From Priapulus caudatus (lineage: Eukaryota): a DNA stretch of 64,000 nucleotides. The position numbers were made by a program, and so were the translations under genes. Location of the stretch: the NCBI RefSeq assembly GCF_000485595.1, contig NW_014577083.1, positions 23,196-87,195 of the forward strand, written 5' to 3'. Below are positions 62,908 to 64,000 of this stretch, in pieces (the first letter of the stretch is position 1; each line of letters opens with the position of its first letter). The notes under the pieces are model-generated. The model did no database searches. It was not told the DNA's origin and saw only the letters and a program-made list of their open reading frames with translations.

Positions 62908-63258
62908 ATAATTGTAATAAAATTTGGTCAATTTATTCAACTATGTACTATATAATTGTGTTTAGAATAAAATATTTTATAGATTATTTTATGTATTTAT
63001 GTGTGTGCGTGCGCTCGTGCGATCGTGTGTGTGCGTGCGTGCGTTTGTGTGTGTGCGTGCGTCTGTAATTGTGTCATTCATTGCTAACAATCTATGACCC
63101 TGTCTGTTAAGTGTTAAGAAGGATACATCAGTACTAATATTGGTATATTTTTTGTGTTATGCCCGAGGTCGCCATCTAAAAAGTAAATTCATAGCAATAA
63201 GTGATATAATTGGTATGCGTTAGTGAGAACAAAATACATTCGTGCTGTGTTATTGTAG

Positions 63259-63372
63259 TGTAGTCCACTGTTGGAGCAAGAGAGAGAATCGAATAGGGAG
63301 CTGAGCAGCAGATTGCAGGTGGGAGAGCAGAGAGTTGCAGAACTGGAGTATAAGATCACCACACTGACCACG
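63259..63372 (+). CDS. PAWR: PAWR-like coding exon 5 (coiled coil)
   Basis: ttgtag|CSPLLEQERESNRELSSRLQVGEQRVAELEYKITTLTT|gtatgt; heptad pattern like Par-4 RERQENLRLVRLMQDKEEMIGKLKEEIDLLNR. Confidence 0.82.
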
Positions 63373-63961
63373 GTATGTTTCAGCAGCCGTGACAGGACTG
63401 TAGAACCATTCTTGGCTCAACCGTGGCATAAGTGGTCTTAGTACCAGCAGTGTGACAATATCGTATGGAATCGCTCTATGCTAACTGGGGTAGTAGTACA
63501 CCTACGCGTGGTAGCATGTTAGTAAATTTGCAGTTAGCAATTTTCTTGTCACAAATCTATCGCAAACTATCGGTTCCGCTAATATAGAAGTATAGAGATG
63601 CGTATAGAAGCGTAAGAAAATTAGTAAAGTGTCAGACTGGTAGTAAGTAGTCAGTTCAGTAATCAGTAATAATTTAAATCAATCAGTCACCGATGGGGTA
63701 AGCGCAGAGTTTGTTACCACAAAAACATCGTTTGTTATGTATTGCCAAAAAAAAGAGAATTAATTTGTTTCATTTTTTTATACAAGAATACTTGAGCTAA
63801 CGCAATATGTTGTTTCTCGCAATGGCAATTTAGCAGCTGGCAATGTAATTTCTCAAAATAACCATTACTGATTGATAAGGTTTTTCTTAGTTTAGTACGA
63901 CTGCTGAAATGATTCACCTGTGTGGTAGCGTAATGTTTTGAATATAACCCGCTGCTTGCAG

Positions 63962-64000
63962 ACCATCGAGAGGCTGAGCCTTGAGAATGAGCAACTTCGT
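63962..64000 (+). CDS. PAWR: PAWR-like leucine-zipper exon, truncated by the window end
   Basis: ttgcag|TIERLSLENEQLR...; ENEQL matches Par-4 DLDDIEDENEQLKQEN. Confidence 0.8.

Overview
Intron-rich animal (invertebrate-like) genomic DNA with five N-gaps and signs of noisy gap filling. Two + strand genes lie in tandem. (1) A complete myosin phosphatase targeting subunit gene (PPP1R12/MYPT1/Mbs family), CDS 1029-49022 or 50841. I built a 20-exon, phase-consistent model of about 1019 aa by hand: MyPhoNE-like and RVxF (KIKF) motifs, ankyrin repeats, the RRSTQG inhibitory site and a C-terminal coiled coil/leucine zipper. (2) The first six coding exons of a PAWR/Par-4-like gene (58270 to beyond 64000). 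Main points of interest: an apparent internal first exon encoding a 157-aa Gly/Ser/Tyr low-complexity domain, downstream of a MEF2 + E-box + M-CAT cluster, which predicts a ~247-aa M20/M21-like small subunit; two tandem alternative terminal leucine-zipper exons; MYPT-PAWR adjacency as in vertebrates; and four intergenic hairpins with a conserved 10-nt loop and covarying stems. The introns carry many MITE-like and foldback elements and microsatellites. The large inverted and direct duplications are probably assembly artefacts. All comparisons with vertebrate sequences are from memory and need checking.
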